NCBI RefSeq assembly: GCF_037042905.1
Contig: NC_087245.1
Location: 25,484,001-25,548,000, forward strand
Reading direction: 5' to 3'
Length of the DNA stretch: 64,000 nucleotides
Source of the DNA: Lytechinus pictus
Taxonomy: Eukaryota
The position numbers were made by a program, and so were the translations under genes. Below the pieces are notes generated by a model. The model saw only the letters and a list, made by a program, of their open reading frames with translations, was not told where the DNA came from and searched no databases. Position 1 is the stretch's first letter; each line of letters begins with the position of its first letter. Positions 1 through 14,085 of the stretch are shown in pieces.

Positions 1-180
1 TCTTTTCCGGCGCCGATTTATAACCAGATGGCGCCGTTTATTCTTGCCCGGCGCCGATTTAGATTTAGGTGGAGCTGATTATTCTTGATCGGCGCCGGTT
101 AAGACTCAGGCAGCGCCGATTTATAAACAAATAATAGGGGGGCGCGCGCCCCCTGCGCCACCCCCCTGGATCCGCCACTG
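1..180. mobile_element. Right end of a non-autonomous DNA transposon (hAT-like terminus)
   Basis: Subterminal ggcgccg repeats ending in ccccctggatccgccactg; the other end is outside the window. Confidence 0.55.
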
Positions 181-573
181 CATGACTTAATTAAAGATTT
201 AGAATCTAATATTTAAAAGTAATATCCTGCAAATTCCCCCTATATTAACCATGTTTGCCCCCTTAAAATGTCTGCCTCATTATGCCACTGTGTCGAAACA
301 GTGTAATAGATAAGGAAGTACATTTCTATTTAGAAATGTATTTAGTCCTCAGTGTTGAAGTATATAACACAAGAAAGCTTAGGGATGTATTAACATTTGC
401 TCGATTTAATCGGGTGTCAATTATTTTATAATTTGTTGATCAACAGCTGGTGTTGCAAATGACTTTTCCATAATTATTCGGTTTCTCAAACTGATTTCGC
501 ACTATAACAAAACCGATTTCAAAACTGGTGTTGATCGATCCAACATATATTAAAAATAGTGCAATCGTTTGGT

Positions 574-1121
574 TCAGACTGTATAGTATGTTCCCTTTGC
601 CAGAGAGTGAAGAGGTCCTACTTTAGGGACAAGGGGTCGTTTCAGAATGAGCCAAAGGTATGGTAAATCTGCCATTATGGATAATTTCCATGGTAACCAT
701 GGTAACAATGCAGGGCTAAGCAGACAATCGCAATCAAGGTTCCCATGCATGGTAGTTACAACGTTGTCATAGATGCCATAGTTGTCTGGATTAGACCAAG
801 TTAGATAAGACCAAATTAAAAGTATAGTAAACCAAGTGGCAATTACTATTGTTATATACATGGTAGATGAATATCTTACCGATTATAACCCCCACGATTA
901 TTGCAATGGTTACCATGGTGATGAAGAAGACTGATAATCCGATCTTACATTCCCTGGATTGACATCGGTGGCCATTGTCCCCACCATTTCCCTTCTCTTC
1001 CACGAACTGCATCATCTCCCCAGAACTGAAGATTTGGAAGAGAAAGAAATGGGATGGAAAAGGAAAAATGTAATGAAGGAGGAAGAAATAATATATATAT
1101 ATATATATATATAAATTTATG

Positions 1122-1163
<42 letters not shown>

Positions 1164-1635
1164 AAGAGAGGGAGGGGTGGGGAGACGATGGGATGGACAG
1201 AGTTTCGGGAGAAGGATAGAGAAAGATAATGTGTACGTGAGAGGCGGGCGGAAGGGGTGCAGGGTCAAAATCAAACTTAGAATTGGATCATTAAAATTGA
1301 AAATAAAAATGTTGCTATTTTTGTTAATAATAATTACATCCAAGAAATGCCGAAACAAAATGCAGGTTGGTCAAAGCATCCGAAATTCTAGTCAACAATA
1401 TCATATCTCTCGCGGAAAATACTGTATCCCATACAAGATGAAAGAGATACTGGAATGTCTTTAGCATTTAGTTGATAAAGTTATTCCATTATTGAAAATA
1501 TAAATAACAATGCATCATACGTCACGAAAAAGCAATGTGATAAATAAGCACGCCAATGGAGGCGTTAGCAATGTCACAATACACAAGCTAAAAAATTAGT
1601 TTTTCTTACCTTTCCACATTTTCATTATCTGCCAT
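574..1635 (-). CDS. Candidate 3-exon gene for a small single-pass membrane protein (~127 aa); exons 1610-1635, 880-1025, 574-785
   Basis: Kozak-like acaacATGg; donors ag|gtaaga and g|gtaaga; acceptors tcttcag and ctaatccag. Phases join into MADNENVESSGEMMQFVEEKGNGGDNGHRCQSRECK-IGLSVFFITMVTIAIIVGVII-DNYGIYDN... Exon 3 is less certain than exons 1-2. Confidence 0.55.
1089..1162. repeat. (AT)n/(GT)n/(AT)n compound microsatellite
   Basis: Direct reading. Confidence 0.9.
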
Positions 1636-1997
1636 GTTGTCCCAAATCAGCTGTCCTTATCTCCGGATAAATCCTGGTATAGAAAAGTTGCCTCTCTACG
1701 GGAAGATCACCCGACCCGAACAAGGGCAGTGACACTGTCAACCCCAATTGCTCCGGGAATAGTTCAATCCACTCTCAAACGAGTAATGTCATGAACTAAA
1801 TGATGTGATTGAAAATGGTTAGCACGGAGAGACAAAGGGGGAACTTGACATTGGTGGTGACAGAACACGCCCGTGCAACTCTACTAGCGGTGCAAGACCA
1901 AATGGTAAATTAATTATCTACTTCCTAAACATAAATCAAATAAATAAAATTTAGTATACACAAACAAACTAGGTACAAATACAGATGGATGATCATG

Positions 1998-3397
1998 CAG
2001 GCGCGTAGCCAGGGGGGGGGCGGTCGCCCCCCCAAAAAACGTCCCCAAAAAGAAAAAAAAGAAGGGAAAAGGAGAGGAGAAAAGGAAAAGGGAAGGGAGG
2101 AAAGGGAAGAAATATAGCTTTTTTTTTTCACTCTTCACTCTTGCTTTAAATTTTTATGTGAATTTCGCTTCCGCGCTGCGCTCGGTTAAATGACAATATT
2201 GAAGTCTACATTGTTTCCCCCACCCTTTCTCTAACCCTGTTTTTCCACCTCAGCTATATGTGTTTCTTGCCAGTTAAAGTTCAAATGTACACATTAGGGC
2301 ATGGAATTTGAGTAAGATTAGGCCGAACTATATGAAGTTATCTTTTTTTTATTGATCGCGCAACTTCTGGTCAGGTCGGCTCCGGGCGGGTAAAATCTTT
2401 ATATCAATTTCTGCCGTCACCTCCATAAAGTCAACTTTTCCCGCTTTTCAGCTCATTACTAAACAACCATAATTTTGGGGCAAACAGGTTCCTAATTTAA
2501 AAAGAGGAAGGTATAAAAAATGCGTGTCGTATTAAATAAAAAGTACAATATTTTTATCGAATTCTATTAAACGTCATGTCATTTCCCTGCACATTCATCT
2601 CCTGTCCTGTTTTGCGCCCTCAGTTTGAAATTTTGAATGACACTTGAGTTTCTTTATAGTTCAATATGAAGCGCTTCAGGATAAGTCAAAGAAATTAGGC
2701 ATCCTTTTTTATATAATTTCAATAAATCACAGAAGTTTCAACTTTTTGCGCACTATTTTCCTTGTAATGAAGTTCAATAATCTTATAAAATCAATTGAAT
2801 TAGAGCCGATGGGGTATTAGAGATATCTGCATTTGATGAAATGTCCGCCCTTTGAAATTTCCGAGTTTCATTGCTCTGCGCGGGGAGGAATATCTTCCTC
2901 CCGGCATATACACTTCTTCTCCTCTGTTTTGCGAGTTAAAGATATGCACTGTCGCTAAATTGTTTGTAATCAAATCTGATCTTTCCAAGGGAAGTATTCA
3001 ATGTATCTTTGAGAATACCCTTTTCTCGGGACCCTTTTCATGGCAAAAAAATTGATAACACGCTTTAGCTTACGCGCTTCGCGCGGGTTTATTATTATTT
3101 TAACTTCCTCCATTGTATTCCTTTTTTGTGCGTTCACAATCACTTTTGAAAACAAGGTTCAAAATCACAATATAGTCAACTGAATTGGAGCTGATATAGG
3201 TACTAGAGACAAGAGAGACGGCTCCTTTTCATTTTATTTTATGAAACACCAAAAGCTTCGCGCTTCGCAAGGGAGGGGGAAACTCCCCCTCCCTGCACCC
3301 ACCCCCTAGGGAGCGCGCTTCGCGCGCTCTGTAAGTGTTGGCACGCTTTGCGTGCATTTACCGCCCCCTCCAAAATGAAATCCTGGCTACGCGGTTG
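1998..3397 (+). mobile_element. ~1.4-kb non-autonomous hAT-like element, copy 1
   Basis: Termini caggcgcgtagccagg / cctggctacgcggttg; decayed 8-bp TSD tgatcatg / ggatgatg; closely similar to the inverted copy at 5370-6759. Confidence 0.8.
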
Positions 3398-5369
3398 GGA
3401 TGATGGAACAGTAAATGAATACATAAATGGATAATGATAGGAATACAAAAATTGATATAAGGACAAATAAGTAAATAAATAATCAATGAATAAATGGGTT
3501 AAAATTAAAGTATGAAATTGGACCAACAGATGAATAAACTTTTTAAGACCTTACTTGAACAATAACACGAATAGAGAAATTAAATGTAAAAGAAAGTGCA
3601 TCATGGATTTGGTCAACGAGCAGAACTGAAAGTATGAAATTGGACCCATAGATGAATGAACTATTTAAGACATTAATTCAACAAATAACACGAACAAAGA
3701 AATTAAATGTTAAAAAAAGTTGTATCGATGTATGGATGTGCATCATGGATTTGGTCAACGAGCAGAACTTAAAGCGCCAAAATAATATTCTAGAAAAGAC
3801 TGGGGGTCACTTACTTCACATGGCTTCTTTTCATTGAAAATTGTAGGAAAGTAATAGATAGTCGTTCGATAACCATTTAGAGAATATGTATGTTGTTGTG
3901 TGTAATAAATTTGCAATGACTACGATATATTAAAAATGTTTGTTTTTTAATGAATATGATATCGGTTGAGTTTTTCAATCTATTCTAAGCTCGAATGTGT
4001 TTTTGTACCAAAAGGAAATATTTTCATAAAAGAAATCGCTTTCATTTTTTAGAGCCCAGCCGAAATAAATCGCCAAGTCAAATCGCAAAATACAATACTA
4101 TATAACCCAAACACGTCCACACCATCCACATCTTTTTGGACACATTTAAGCATAATTATAGTGACCACACGTTAAGAAGAATAATACCCCAAAATAGAAA
4201 GAATACCTGTACTCTAAACTCGTTTGAAAAGTTAACTTATGACAAGGAAAGAAAGAAAACAAAAACAAAGATGGTTTGAAAACCCGAAAAAGAAAGTGTG
4301 ATTTTTTTGTTTGGGGGGGGGGGGTGACAGAGGAAGCTGATTTCGCCTGACTACTTCTTATCCATTTACATGTATGTTATTTTTGCAGTCAGCTTTATGT
4401 TACTTTATTCATTTCGTATATGTAACTTGTAAAGATTACTAAAAGCAGGGGCGTGCCAGTGCGATTTGATTGGGGAGGGGGCAAGGCGAGTTCTTTAGAA
4501 TAAATTGATTGACAGGGTAGAATAGAGTTAAATGACCTATACTCCTTTTCATGATGCTCTTCCGTCTTCTATTCTCCCCCCCTCTCTCTCTCTGTTGGTC
4601 GCTTTATTAAGTGAAAAAATTATAGGGCTACGGTCGCCCCACCCCCCGTGGCACATCCCTTTCGAACAATAGCCGATACAAAGGGATTGTTATCCGATTG
4701 TTCGATCCCTTAAGTGAAAGTTCGATTCATTAACGAATGAACAGACTAAACATTGACCATGACGGTATAGGCAGACAATACGCCCTTTACGTCGCGACAT
4801 TCAGGAAATGGAATAAGAACAGGACAATCTTTAATGTACTTTCCAGATGAGGGCAATTTGGCTGCAAGAGAAATGAAGAAAGTACAAAGTTTGGGAAGAT
4901 TTGTTTAGGTCATTATACTTTCAGCTAGTTGACCATGCTAACTGTGTTGCTTAATTTTAAGAGGACCAGACATGGCGTATCCGGCAAAAGTTCTATTTAT
5001 GACTTTACTAATAAAAAAAAGAAAAAAAAAATTACGATATATTTTTCATTATATTCAGAAAATGATATCACATTATACCCTTTCTCATTTCCGATATGCT
5101 ACAGAATATAATTATGTGTGATTGAAATTCGGTATTTCAAGCTCAATTCTGAAGGGTACAAAAATATTGTCAAAAATACAAACCGAGCAATTATCAATTT
5201 ATACAAGTAAAACGATTGGAATTGTAGCCTAAAATTTTCAGATGGGCGAAGTTTAATTTTTTTAAGCCACATATTTTCAAATGAAATATTAATTAATGCA
5301 GAGAAAGAGAGAGAAAGAGAGTGTGTGTGTGTGTGTGAAACAGAGGGGTAGAATGAGGGTGGCAGGGAG

Positions 5370-6759
5370 CAACCGCATAGCCAGGATTTAATTTTGGAGG
5401 GGGCGGTAAAAATGCACGCTAAGCGTGCCAACACTTACAGAGCGCGCGAAGCGCGCTCCCTAGGGGATGGGTGCAGGGAGGGGGAGTTTCCCCCTCCCTT
5501 GCGAAACGCGAAGCTTTTGGTGTTTCATAAATTAAAATGAAAAGGAGCCGTCTCTCTTGTCTCTAGTACCTATATCAGCTCCAATTCAGTTGACTATATT
5601 GTGATTTCGAACCTTGTTTTCAAAAGTGATTGTGAGAGCACAAAAAAGGAATACAATGGAGGAAATTGATATAATAGTAACCCTGCGCGAAGCGCGGAAG
5701 CTGAAGCGTTTTATCATTTTTTTTTGCCATGAAAAGGGTCCAGAGAAAAGGGTATTCTCAATGATATATTGAATACTTCCCTTGGAAAGATCAGATTTGA
5801 TTACAAACAATTTAGCGACAGTGCACATATTTAACTCGCAAAACAGAGGAGAAGAAGTGTATATGCCGGGAGGAAGATATTCCTCCCCGCGCAGAGCAAT
5901 GAAACTCTGGAATTTCAAAGAGCGGACGTTTCATCAAATGCAGATATCTCTAATACCCCATATCGGCTCTAATTCAATTGATTTTCTAAGATTATTGAAC
6001 TTCATTACAAGGAAAATAGTGCGCAAAAAGTTGAAACTTCTGCGATTTATTGAAATTATATAAAAAAGGATGCCTAATTTCTTTGACTTATCCTGAAGCG
6101 CTTCATTTTGAATTATAAAGAAACTTAAGTGTCATTCAAAATTTCAAACTGAGGGCGCAAAACAGGACAGGAGATGAATGTGCAGGGAAATGACATGAAG
6201 TTTAATAGAATTTGATAAAAAATATTGTACTTTTTTATTTAATACGACATGAATTCTATACCTTCCTCTTTTAAAATTAGAAACCTGTTTGCCCCAAAAT
6301 TATGGTTGTTTAGTAATGAGCTGAAAAGCGGGAGAAGTTGACTTAATTGAGGTGACGGTAGAAATTGATATAAAGATTTTACACGCCCGGAGCCGACCCG
6401 ACCAAAATTTGCGCGATCAATAAAAAAAAAAGATAACTTCATATACTTCGGCCTAACCTTACTCTAATTCCATGCCCTAATGTATACATTTGAACTTTAA
6501 CTGGCAAGAAACACATATAGCTGAGGTAGAAAAACAGTGTTGGGAAACAATGGAGAACTTCAGTATTGTCATTTAACCGCGCGCAGCGCGGAAGTAAAAA
6601 AAAGAAAAAAAAGAAAAAAAAACACAAATCTATCTTTTTTCCCTTTCCTCCCTTTCCTTTTCCTTTTCTCTTCTCTTTTTTCCCTTCTTTTTTTCTTTTT
6701 GGGGACGTTTTTTTTTTTTTGGGGGGGGGCAACCGCCCCCCCCCCTGGCTACGCGCCTG
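5370..6759 (-). mobile_element. ~1.4-kb non-autonomous hAT-like element, copy 2 (inverted)
   Basis: Perfect 8-bp TSD gcagggag at 5362-5369 and 6760-6767; termini caaccgcatagccagg / cctggctacgcgcctg. Confidence 0.88.
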
Positions 6760-8021
6760 GCAGGGAGCTCATTTCTATCATAATTGCTTATCATTGCTTG
6801 CTAGCTCGTTTGATGGATAGCGCCATCTCTTCACCTTCAATAACATAAGATCGGTTAATTTCATTACTGACAATCTATGCGATATCACATTCGTTGTTTA
6901 GGGGGGGGGGGATATCATACAAACTATGCTTTTCAGTGGATGGGCCATTTTCCACAGATATTTAATGAACTTCATAAAAATTATTTCAGAAATCGTTCAT
7001 CAGATTTGCGCTTAATCGGAAGACTTCCACTTGATTCACGCTCTAATTGGAATTAAAGGCAGTGTTCTTGCAACGCCCCAATGCGAGGAAGAAAATGAAT
7101 GTCAGCTGGGATGGGGTACTTCGGTTGGGTTTGACCCCAAGCCCCCTCGGCCGTAATAATTTACCCACACATCGTGTCAATGGATCGAAGTAAGTTAATA
7201 TGTTATTAGCACTGGATTACGGATGGGAGGATGGGGTCTCGGGGTCATTCTCCCCCCAAAAAAAGTCTAGCACCGAAATAAATGTAGAAAAAGGAGAAAA
7301 TGACAGAAAAGGAGGGGGAAGGATATAGATACCATGTTTTTTCTTAATATTATTTCAAAACCCATTACAAAATTATTTTCCTTTTAAAACGATCATTTTC
7401 TCTCTCGCTTCGCTCGTTTGTGATTTTTTATGAAATTTTGTCACACCTTCCGTGTTGTGCTCCCTTATTTATGTTTTTGCTTACAGCATTGGTTAGAAGT
7501 TTAGGGAGTTTCTGCTCGGACACATACGGAGGATTCAAGAACACACAAAAAATGTATTGTCATAATTATGCCCGTCATGAGAGAAAAATGAAGAAAAACA
7601 ACAAATGTGTTGAATATATTGGTGAATCAAAACGGCGGTAATTGATTCTGGAAAAGCAATATATTTGCATTTTTTTCGTCAGGCTCTGAAACTTAGGACG
7701 AAACTGCTGTGACTGGATAACCAATTTTCGACAAGGCCCTCCCGGCGGTTGTTTAGCATTTAAAGGGCTTTTTTAAGTACATTTACTTTGTTCTTGAAAA
7801 ATCCGTACGTCACTGAGCAAAAACACCCTATTATATAATTATACCGAAGACCCTCTCCTATTATTACTACAATTGTTTTTTTTTTTTTTATCCCAGTCGA
7901 AGTAAATTATAATTACGCGTAAAATCAATGTAATATTTCCTTTTTTAAGATTAAATTCATGGGACAACAATTCTAATAATTATACAAACCACGCCTTCAC
8001 AATGATTTCCTAGAACATTAA

Positions 8022-10116
8022 AGTTGAATTAAGAAGGGGGTGAGTTTCCATAAATATAGGTTCTACATACAATATATAGTATATATAAGTTGTTCAAACA
8101 CATAGCATGTCACAATAATCCTCTGCCTTCTCGATATTTTGCTTTGAAAGTCTATGAAATTAGCCACCTGTCAGAGCCCGAGAGACGAGTGTACAGAAAA
8201 GTCACTCGGAGTGTGACGTCACCGGGGGGAATTTAGTATAAGAGGTGCCTGAATGTCATACAGAAATGCTATGCAGAGAGAGAAAGATATTTTACAATTT
8301 TTTTTCAAAGCAACTCAAATCAAATAAATAGGACTGATATGTACAAATCTTTACTTTCCCTGTATAAAAAACAGTATGAATAACCACCATGAACTCTTCA
8401 ATCATGATGTAAGATAGCAAACAGTGAGTTATTGAATGATATTTTCACTATTTCTCATTTATTTTATCACGATGTTCAATCAAGTGAGTAGCTGGAAAGT
8501 AATTCCGGCGGCTAGCTCAGCGCGCGCTGAACGCATATTAGCGCGTTTTCGCCCAGCGTCGTACGACGCTATCTACGACGTAGAACGATCTCTTGGTTCG
8601 TGCGTCCGTCGCGCTCAACTCTCGCTTGTAAGCAGTTTCGCAAATCGCTGAACGCGGCCGGATCGACCGCCAACACATGCATTGTATATGTTCCTACTAT
8701 GTGCACACAACTGGCAGTGCCATGTGTCTTGCAGTCGCGTCGTCGACCGAGCCATGCAACGGCTTTTCAATCATATTTCAATAATCATACTCGTTTAAAC
8801 TTCTACTGTAACATTTTGAAATTATACTTAGCTTGATTTTAGTATAATTGAAATGGTACTCACCGAAAAACTCGCATTCGAGTCCATGTTTTGAAGCTTT
8901 CAGCTATCAGTGTAGTCAGAGTAGAGTACAACATGTGCATGCACGCGATGGGCGAATGTGTTTACATCGGCTCAGCTTGCTCGCTCTACAAGCGATCTGA
9001 TTGGCTGTTGACGGCTGTTGACAAATCCTACGTTCTAATGCGGACGCCCGCTAATTTGCGGAAGAACCGTCCGTGATTTGAGCTCAAGAACGCTCGGGCC
9101 TCTGTTTCCATGGAAGTTGGCGATTTTTGCACACGACCCTTACGTTCTACGTCGTACGACGCTGGGCGAAAACGCGCTAATACTAGTACACACAACACCC
9201 AGGCATTGAGTGTACTGTTATGGTCTGGTATGTCGACTTAGTTCATGGCCGTGCAGCGATCCCCTGGCGTTTTTTCTTCTTTTCTTTTGTCTTTGACTCC
9301 ACTTTTATATCCTCTGGATCATTTCCACTCATAGCTCATTCCACAGAACAATCTTGAACCAAACGTATAGTATTCTTTCTCGGCCTTCTGAGTTGTTTTC
9401 TATATTTAATTACGCTAGGGGTCACCGTCACACATACAAACGCAATTCGGAAGTGAGTTGAAGACAGAAAGATATATAGTAATTAGTATACATCTCTATG
9501 GTTGAAGACAACAAGAACGGTACGGTAGCTCGACAGCTAGCTGCGCCGGAGCGGGCGGCCGGTCGGCACAAAGCAATTCCGCAACCAACTGTGTTTTTTT
9601 GCAAGAGCCGCGTCACACGCGGATAAATATGTCATAATAACACGTCTGCTACGTTATCGACTGGTGAGAAGATCTCGATCAAATTTCATATTATTCACCT
9701 TGAAATTATTCCTTTAGGGTCTATGGTATCATTCTGAGGGAATTCACATATTTGGAATAATAGTACGGCCACAAATATTTTAATCATTTCCTCTTTGCAA
9801 GTTCTATGGCTCGCAGATACAACTTCAACTGCAGTTATTCCATATGAAGGAGTACGTGCATAGTACACAAAACGGCACTGCCTTGATTACTACACCGGGA
9901 CCGAATACCCCCCGGTGACGTCACACTCAAAGAACACCCGTCTCGGTAGGCATTGCAGGAGCGAACTCAGGGAAAATGGGTAGGGATAAATCGTTCAAAT
10001 TCACTATTTTGAAAAAAGAAAATGGGGGGTCGAATCACCTATTAGTGTTTGGGGGGTTGTAAGGTTGCTATTAATGTAAATATCTCAATATTTGGAATCG
10101 TCTTCTTAATTCAACT
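8022..10116. mobile_element. ~2.1-kb TTAA-specific non-autonomous DNA transposon (Kolobok-like)
   Basis: TTAA on both sides; TIR agttgaattaagaag / cttcttaattcaact; subterminal inverted motif gagtgtgacgtcaccggggg (~8210) / ccccccggtgacgtcacactc (~9910). Confidence 0.75.
8539..9179. mobile_element. ~640-bp TIR element nested in the Kolobok-like element
   Basis: Inverted termini tagcgcgttttcgcccagcgtcgtacgacg...tagaacg / cgttcta-cgtcgtacgacgctgggcgaaaacgcgcta. Confidence 0.75.
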
Positions 10117-13100
10117 TTAACATTAACTTATTGATCTATTTTTTAATTGAAACGACGTTGACGAAGGCAATTACGATGAATCCATGAATAAAACGCCCGA
10201 TGTCAACCCTATTGAAACGCACTGGGGTGATGAAACGAGGGCACAATAGCGGGAAATTTGAAAAGGCTGACGAGACAGGCGCGAGATAGGAATGTAAGCT
10301 AGCCTACACAATGCTGAGAGAAGGAATGACATTTTAAACAGCGTATAAAATGTTCTCCTATGACAAGACATCCGAGAGACTTTCTTTTCCTGATATTTCT
10401 GCGGATGTGAGGACAATTTAATAATGGAAACTTCAGGAACTCATTTGGATGTGATCTCAAACATTTGTTATTACCAGGTAAGTGAAATAATTATCTAAAT
10501 GTTCATAAAATGTTAAGACTTGTACAACTTTTAATGGCTCAGAAAAATAGGTGTTTGCTAGCGCCGAGCAGTAATGACGTCAAGAGCATTATAGGCGTAA
10601 TGTGTTTGCCTAGATTGATCAACCCTGATTTTCCTTTAAAAATATGAGCTACAATTTTTTTTTATCACCTAGTTTTGTCAGTGAGATGTCAAAATAATTA
10701 CTGCCTGATAAAATAAGCACCAAAAATTATTATCAATGCTTCGCAAAGTGAAATATAAAATAACCGGAAACACCATCTCAATTTTGTCCTTAGATCTAAT
10801 TAAAATTACTTTTGTTGTATAAATCTCCCCTGGAAATTGTTAATTGAATGGATATTTCTCAGCCAGTGACACTTTTAAATGTCTGCACAAATGTGTTTTC
10901 CTCCCTTGGGTTTATCTTTTTATCCATTATGAGCATATTCTAAATACAAAATTAACACTTATTAAAAGGATTAAACAAAAAATCAAGAAGACCTTTGTTA
11001 TGACAACCAATTTCTTTAACAGTGTATCTGTCAGTTATTTTACAAACCTAAGGAAAATCTCACAAGATTGAAAATAACTTTGGACTGAATTGGGTTATGA
11101 CACAGCCTCGTTGTGAAGCGACAAAGGCAAAAGACGGCTCAAGTCAGAAGAGATTTTTTTTTATATGAAAATGATAAAGTATATAGATGATGATTATTTT
11201 GGCAGTGAAAATGTAGTAGGCCTACATAAATAAAAGGAAGAGTTGTCCTCTCTTATAGGACTCCCTGTGTAGTGAAATAAGGTTGGCAATGTTTGGCTTA
11301 TTTTCTCTTGCTCTATGGGGATAAATGCTTGATTTGTTGACACTGTCAGTTTCCAATACAGCTATTCATCATACAAATTCGCTTTAAAGTAAATTGAATT
11401 CTTTTAAAGATTTTTTGTTTTGCTAAATAAAAAAGAGACTGATTGGTTCCACTAAACTAGATCAACTTTATTTTATACCGATAGATGGCCGACAGACACA
11501 CACAAAAATACTCACACTTCAAGTTTTTTTAACGCGCTGGTGAAAAAAAAAGATCCCCTAGTTAATGATAAATAGAAATCTCAGCTGAAAGGAAATATTT
11601 ACTGTCTGCAAAAATAAGTTGATGTGGGCAAAGTAAACATTCTTAGTTCATATAGGCGGATCCAGGGGGGCCGGGTCCCCCTACTGGTGGCGCACAAAAA
11701 AAAAGAAAAAAAGCGGGGACAGAAAGGGGAAAAATTAGGAAAAGGAGAGAAGAAACATAGGAGGAGGAAGACGTGTGAATAAAATAAAGTGAGGGAAGAC
11801 TTGAAGAATAATTCATATCACTATAACAAAAAAAAATCGCTCGCGCTCGTATCGCTTGTTTGATGAGATACATATCTTGCTTACTCAGTTGAAATGGTGT
11901 TTAAAATATCCAGTTTTGAAGTCGATATACAAAACAAATTTCAGCTTTTTTTTATTTACAAATTGATTTTTTTTGCTGTGTAAAATGTCTTGTTTCATGG
12001 TCTGAATGTCAAAATACTTTCATTCATCATATTCTATTAAAAAAGTGGAATTTATTGATTTTTTCATTACATGGAGAAGCTGCATAATGATGTCGGGAAT
12101 AAAAAAATAAAAATAAACATCGCGTATACTTTGATAGATATTCTTTCCACATTCTTTTTAAATGCCAGATATATAATTACGGTCAATTTCGAAAATATGA
12201 ATTTCAATGTTTTTCTTTTCTTGCAGGTTGATGTAAGAGTGCCAAAAGCTTGTCATCGTGGTTTTGAGATTACATTACACACACACAGAGGGCCTTTTTG
12301 GAAGATATACCATGATTGTAAAACAACCCATATGAATATCACAGTAGTTGTCAAAGTGGGCGAACCGATGACGTCACCTACTCACTGTTTCTTTTAGGCT
12401 TATGTTCTCTGGTAAGAAATATTAATTTTGATTTCTGTTCCCTTTATAATGTGTAAAGTTTTATTCCTCCCTGGATATGTTGATTCATTGAGAATCTTGT
12501 TCATCAAATATGCAGATATTGTAATATTTCAGAAATACATAAAATATAAAAGAAATATAGTGTGTGACGTCAACTGTGTTGTGCATATGATTTTCGTATG
12601 AGAAATAATCGAAATGTCAAAACTTTCTTATCTAACATCCTAATAAATTTTCAGCATCTTGCTTGTTTGATTTTTCTATTCTTATACAGATCTATCTATT
12701 TGATGCATGGGTTGACGTCTCCTTCCAACAAGAGCCCTAGATGGCTTTTCTGCCGTGACATCACTCTATTTTCGATGAGCTGATAAACAGACTGGTATGT
12801 ACCGTTGCTATAGGTTAACATCTCTTCGCAGTTTCAACAAATAAGGTGCAGAGCAGACATGGTGAATCATCATCAGGAAGAGAGAGAGAAAAAAAAAGTT
12901 AAAGATATTCTATAAAAGCAGAGAGTTACTTGTCATTGTCTACGAATGAATAAAGCGCAAAGAAATAATAAATCTATTTTATACGATGGAAAATGGAACC
13001 AACGTTAAAATTCATGATCAGGATAAGTAGGCCGGCCTATATAGGAAACGATGCCAGGGCGAAGCGCGAGCTCATCTTTTCTTCTTTTTTTTACATACAT

Positions 13101-14085
13101 GCACTGGCCTGAAAATGGGACATTGAAAATAGCACAATTTGAATTTATAAGCAGATGAACATACAAGTGCGAAGCGCTATCTGCTAACTTTATTAAGAAA
13201 CATTTAAAGCATCGTTGGAATTAGTGAGAGAATAGAATATCTTGGAATGAATAATGCGAGCACGAAGTGCGAGCTAATTTGTTTAGAATGATGACTTGAA
13301 AGAGAGAAATTTTAAGCACCGTTTGATTTCATGCACAGGATAACTATATCAATTAAAAAAATGATAGAAGCGCGAAGCTGAGCTGACTTGTTTTATATAG
13401 TGACATGGAAAAGGGACATTTCGATCACTTTTCGTCGATCCAACTTTCTGCCTCCCCCCCCCCCCCCCCCGCCTTAGGATACGCGCCTGGCGAAGACAAG
13501 ATTTTGCTCCTGAACTTCCTTTTTTCCTTGTCTTTAGTCTTCACCTTTTTATCTTCCATTCCTTTGTAGAAAAAAGGAGAAAATGATAAAGAAAAACTGT
13601 TTTAAAAAGTTCAATGAGCCCCCGCCCTTCATATCAACCTATTCTCAAGGACAGAGGCTGTCCTTCCATCTTTATTCGTTTTCTCATTCCCCATCCCTTT
13701 CACTTTTACTTCTCCATCGATCTTTTCCCCTTCTTTCCTTTCTTTCGTCTCTCCCTCTTGTCTTTTCATTTTTTCCCCTCTCTCCTCCATTCATTTTATC
13801 TTTCTCATTCTCTTCTTTTCCTTATCTCTCTCTCTTCATCTCTTCCTTTGCTTTCGTTTCTTTCTCTGTCCTTTCTCCTTTCTTTTCTTTCCCTTCACTT
13901 TTTTTCCATAGCGGTGGTCCTTGAATTGTTTATGCGAGCATGGACCTACAAGTGACAATGATGTTGACAACTTTGCCATTAAAACTTGATTGTGATTGGC
14001 TTTCGAGACATAATGTCATGGTATTTGCCAACTTGCCATATTGAAAAAGTTACCTTATTTGTATTTCTTCTTGACCTTCCTCCAG

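Noticed and set aside
945..1025. Alternative reading FWGDDAVRGREGKWWGQWPPMSIQGM* as a terminal exon
   Set aside because: The upstream ATG exon ends in phase 2, which selects the frame encoding the transmembrane segment and a downstream donor.
2800..6063. Duplicated short ORFs (MERSDLITNN..., MKF.SFIALRG...)
   Set aside because: Inside the two non-autonomous element copies; lengths differ between copies and there are no recognisable domains.
13583..13955. F/S/L/P-rich ORFs
   Set aside because: Polypyrimidine low-complexity tract with no splice or homology support.
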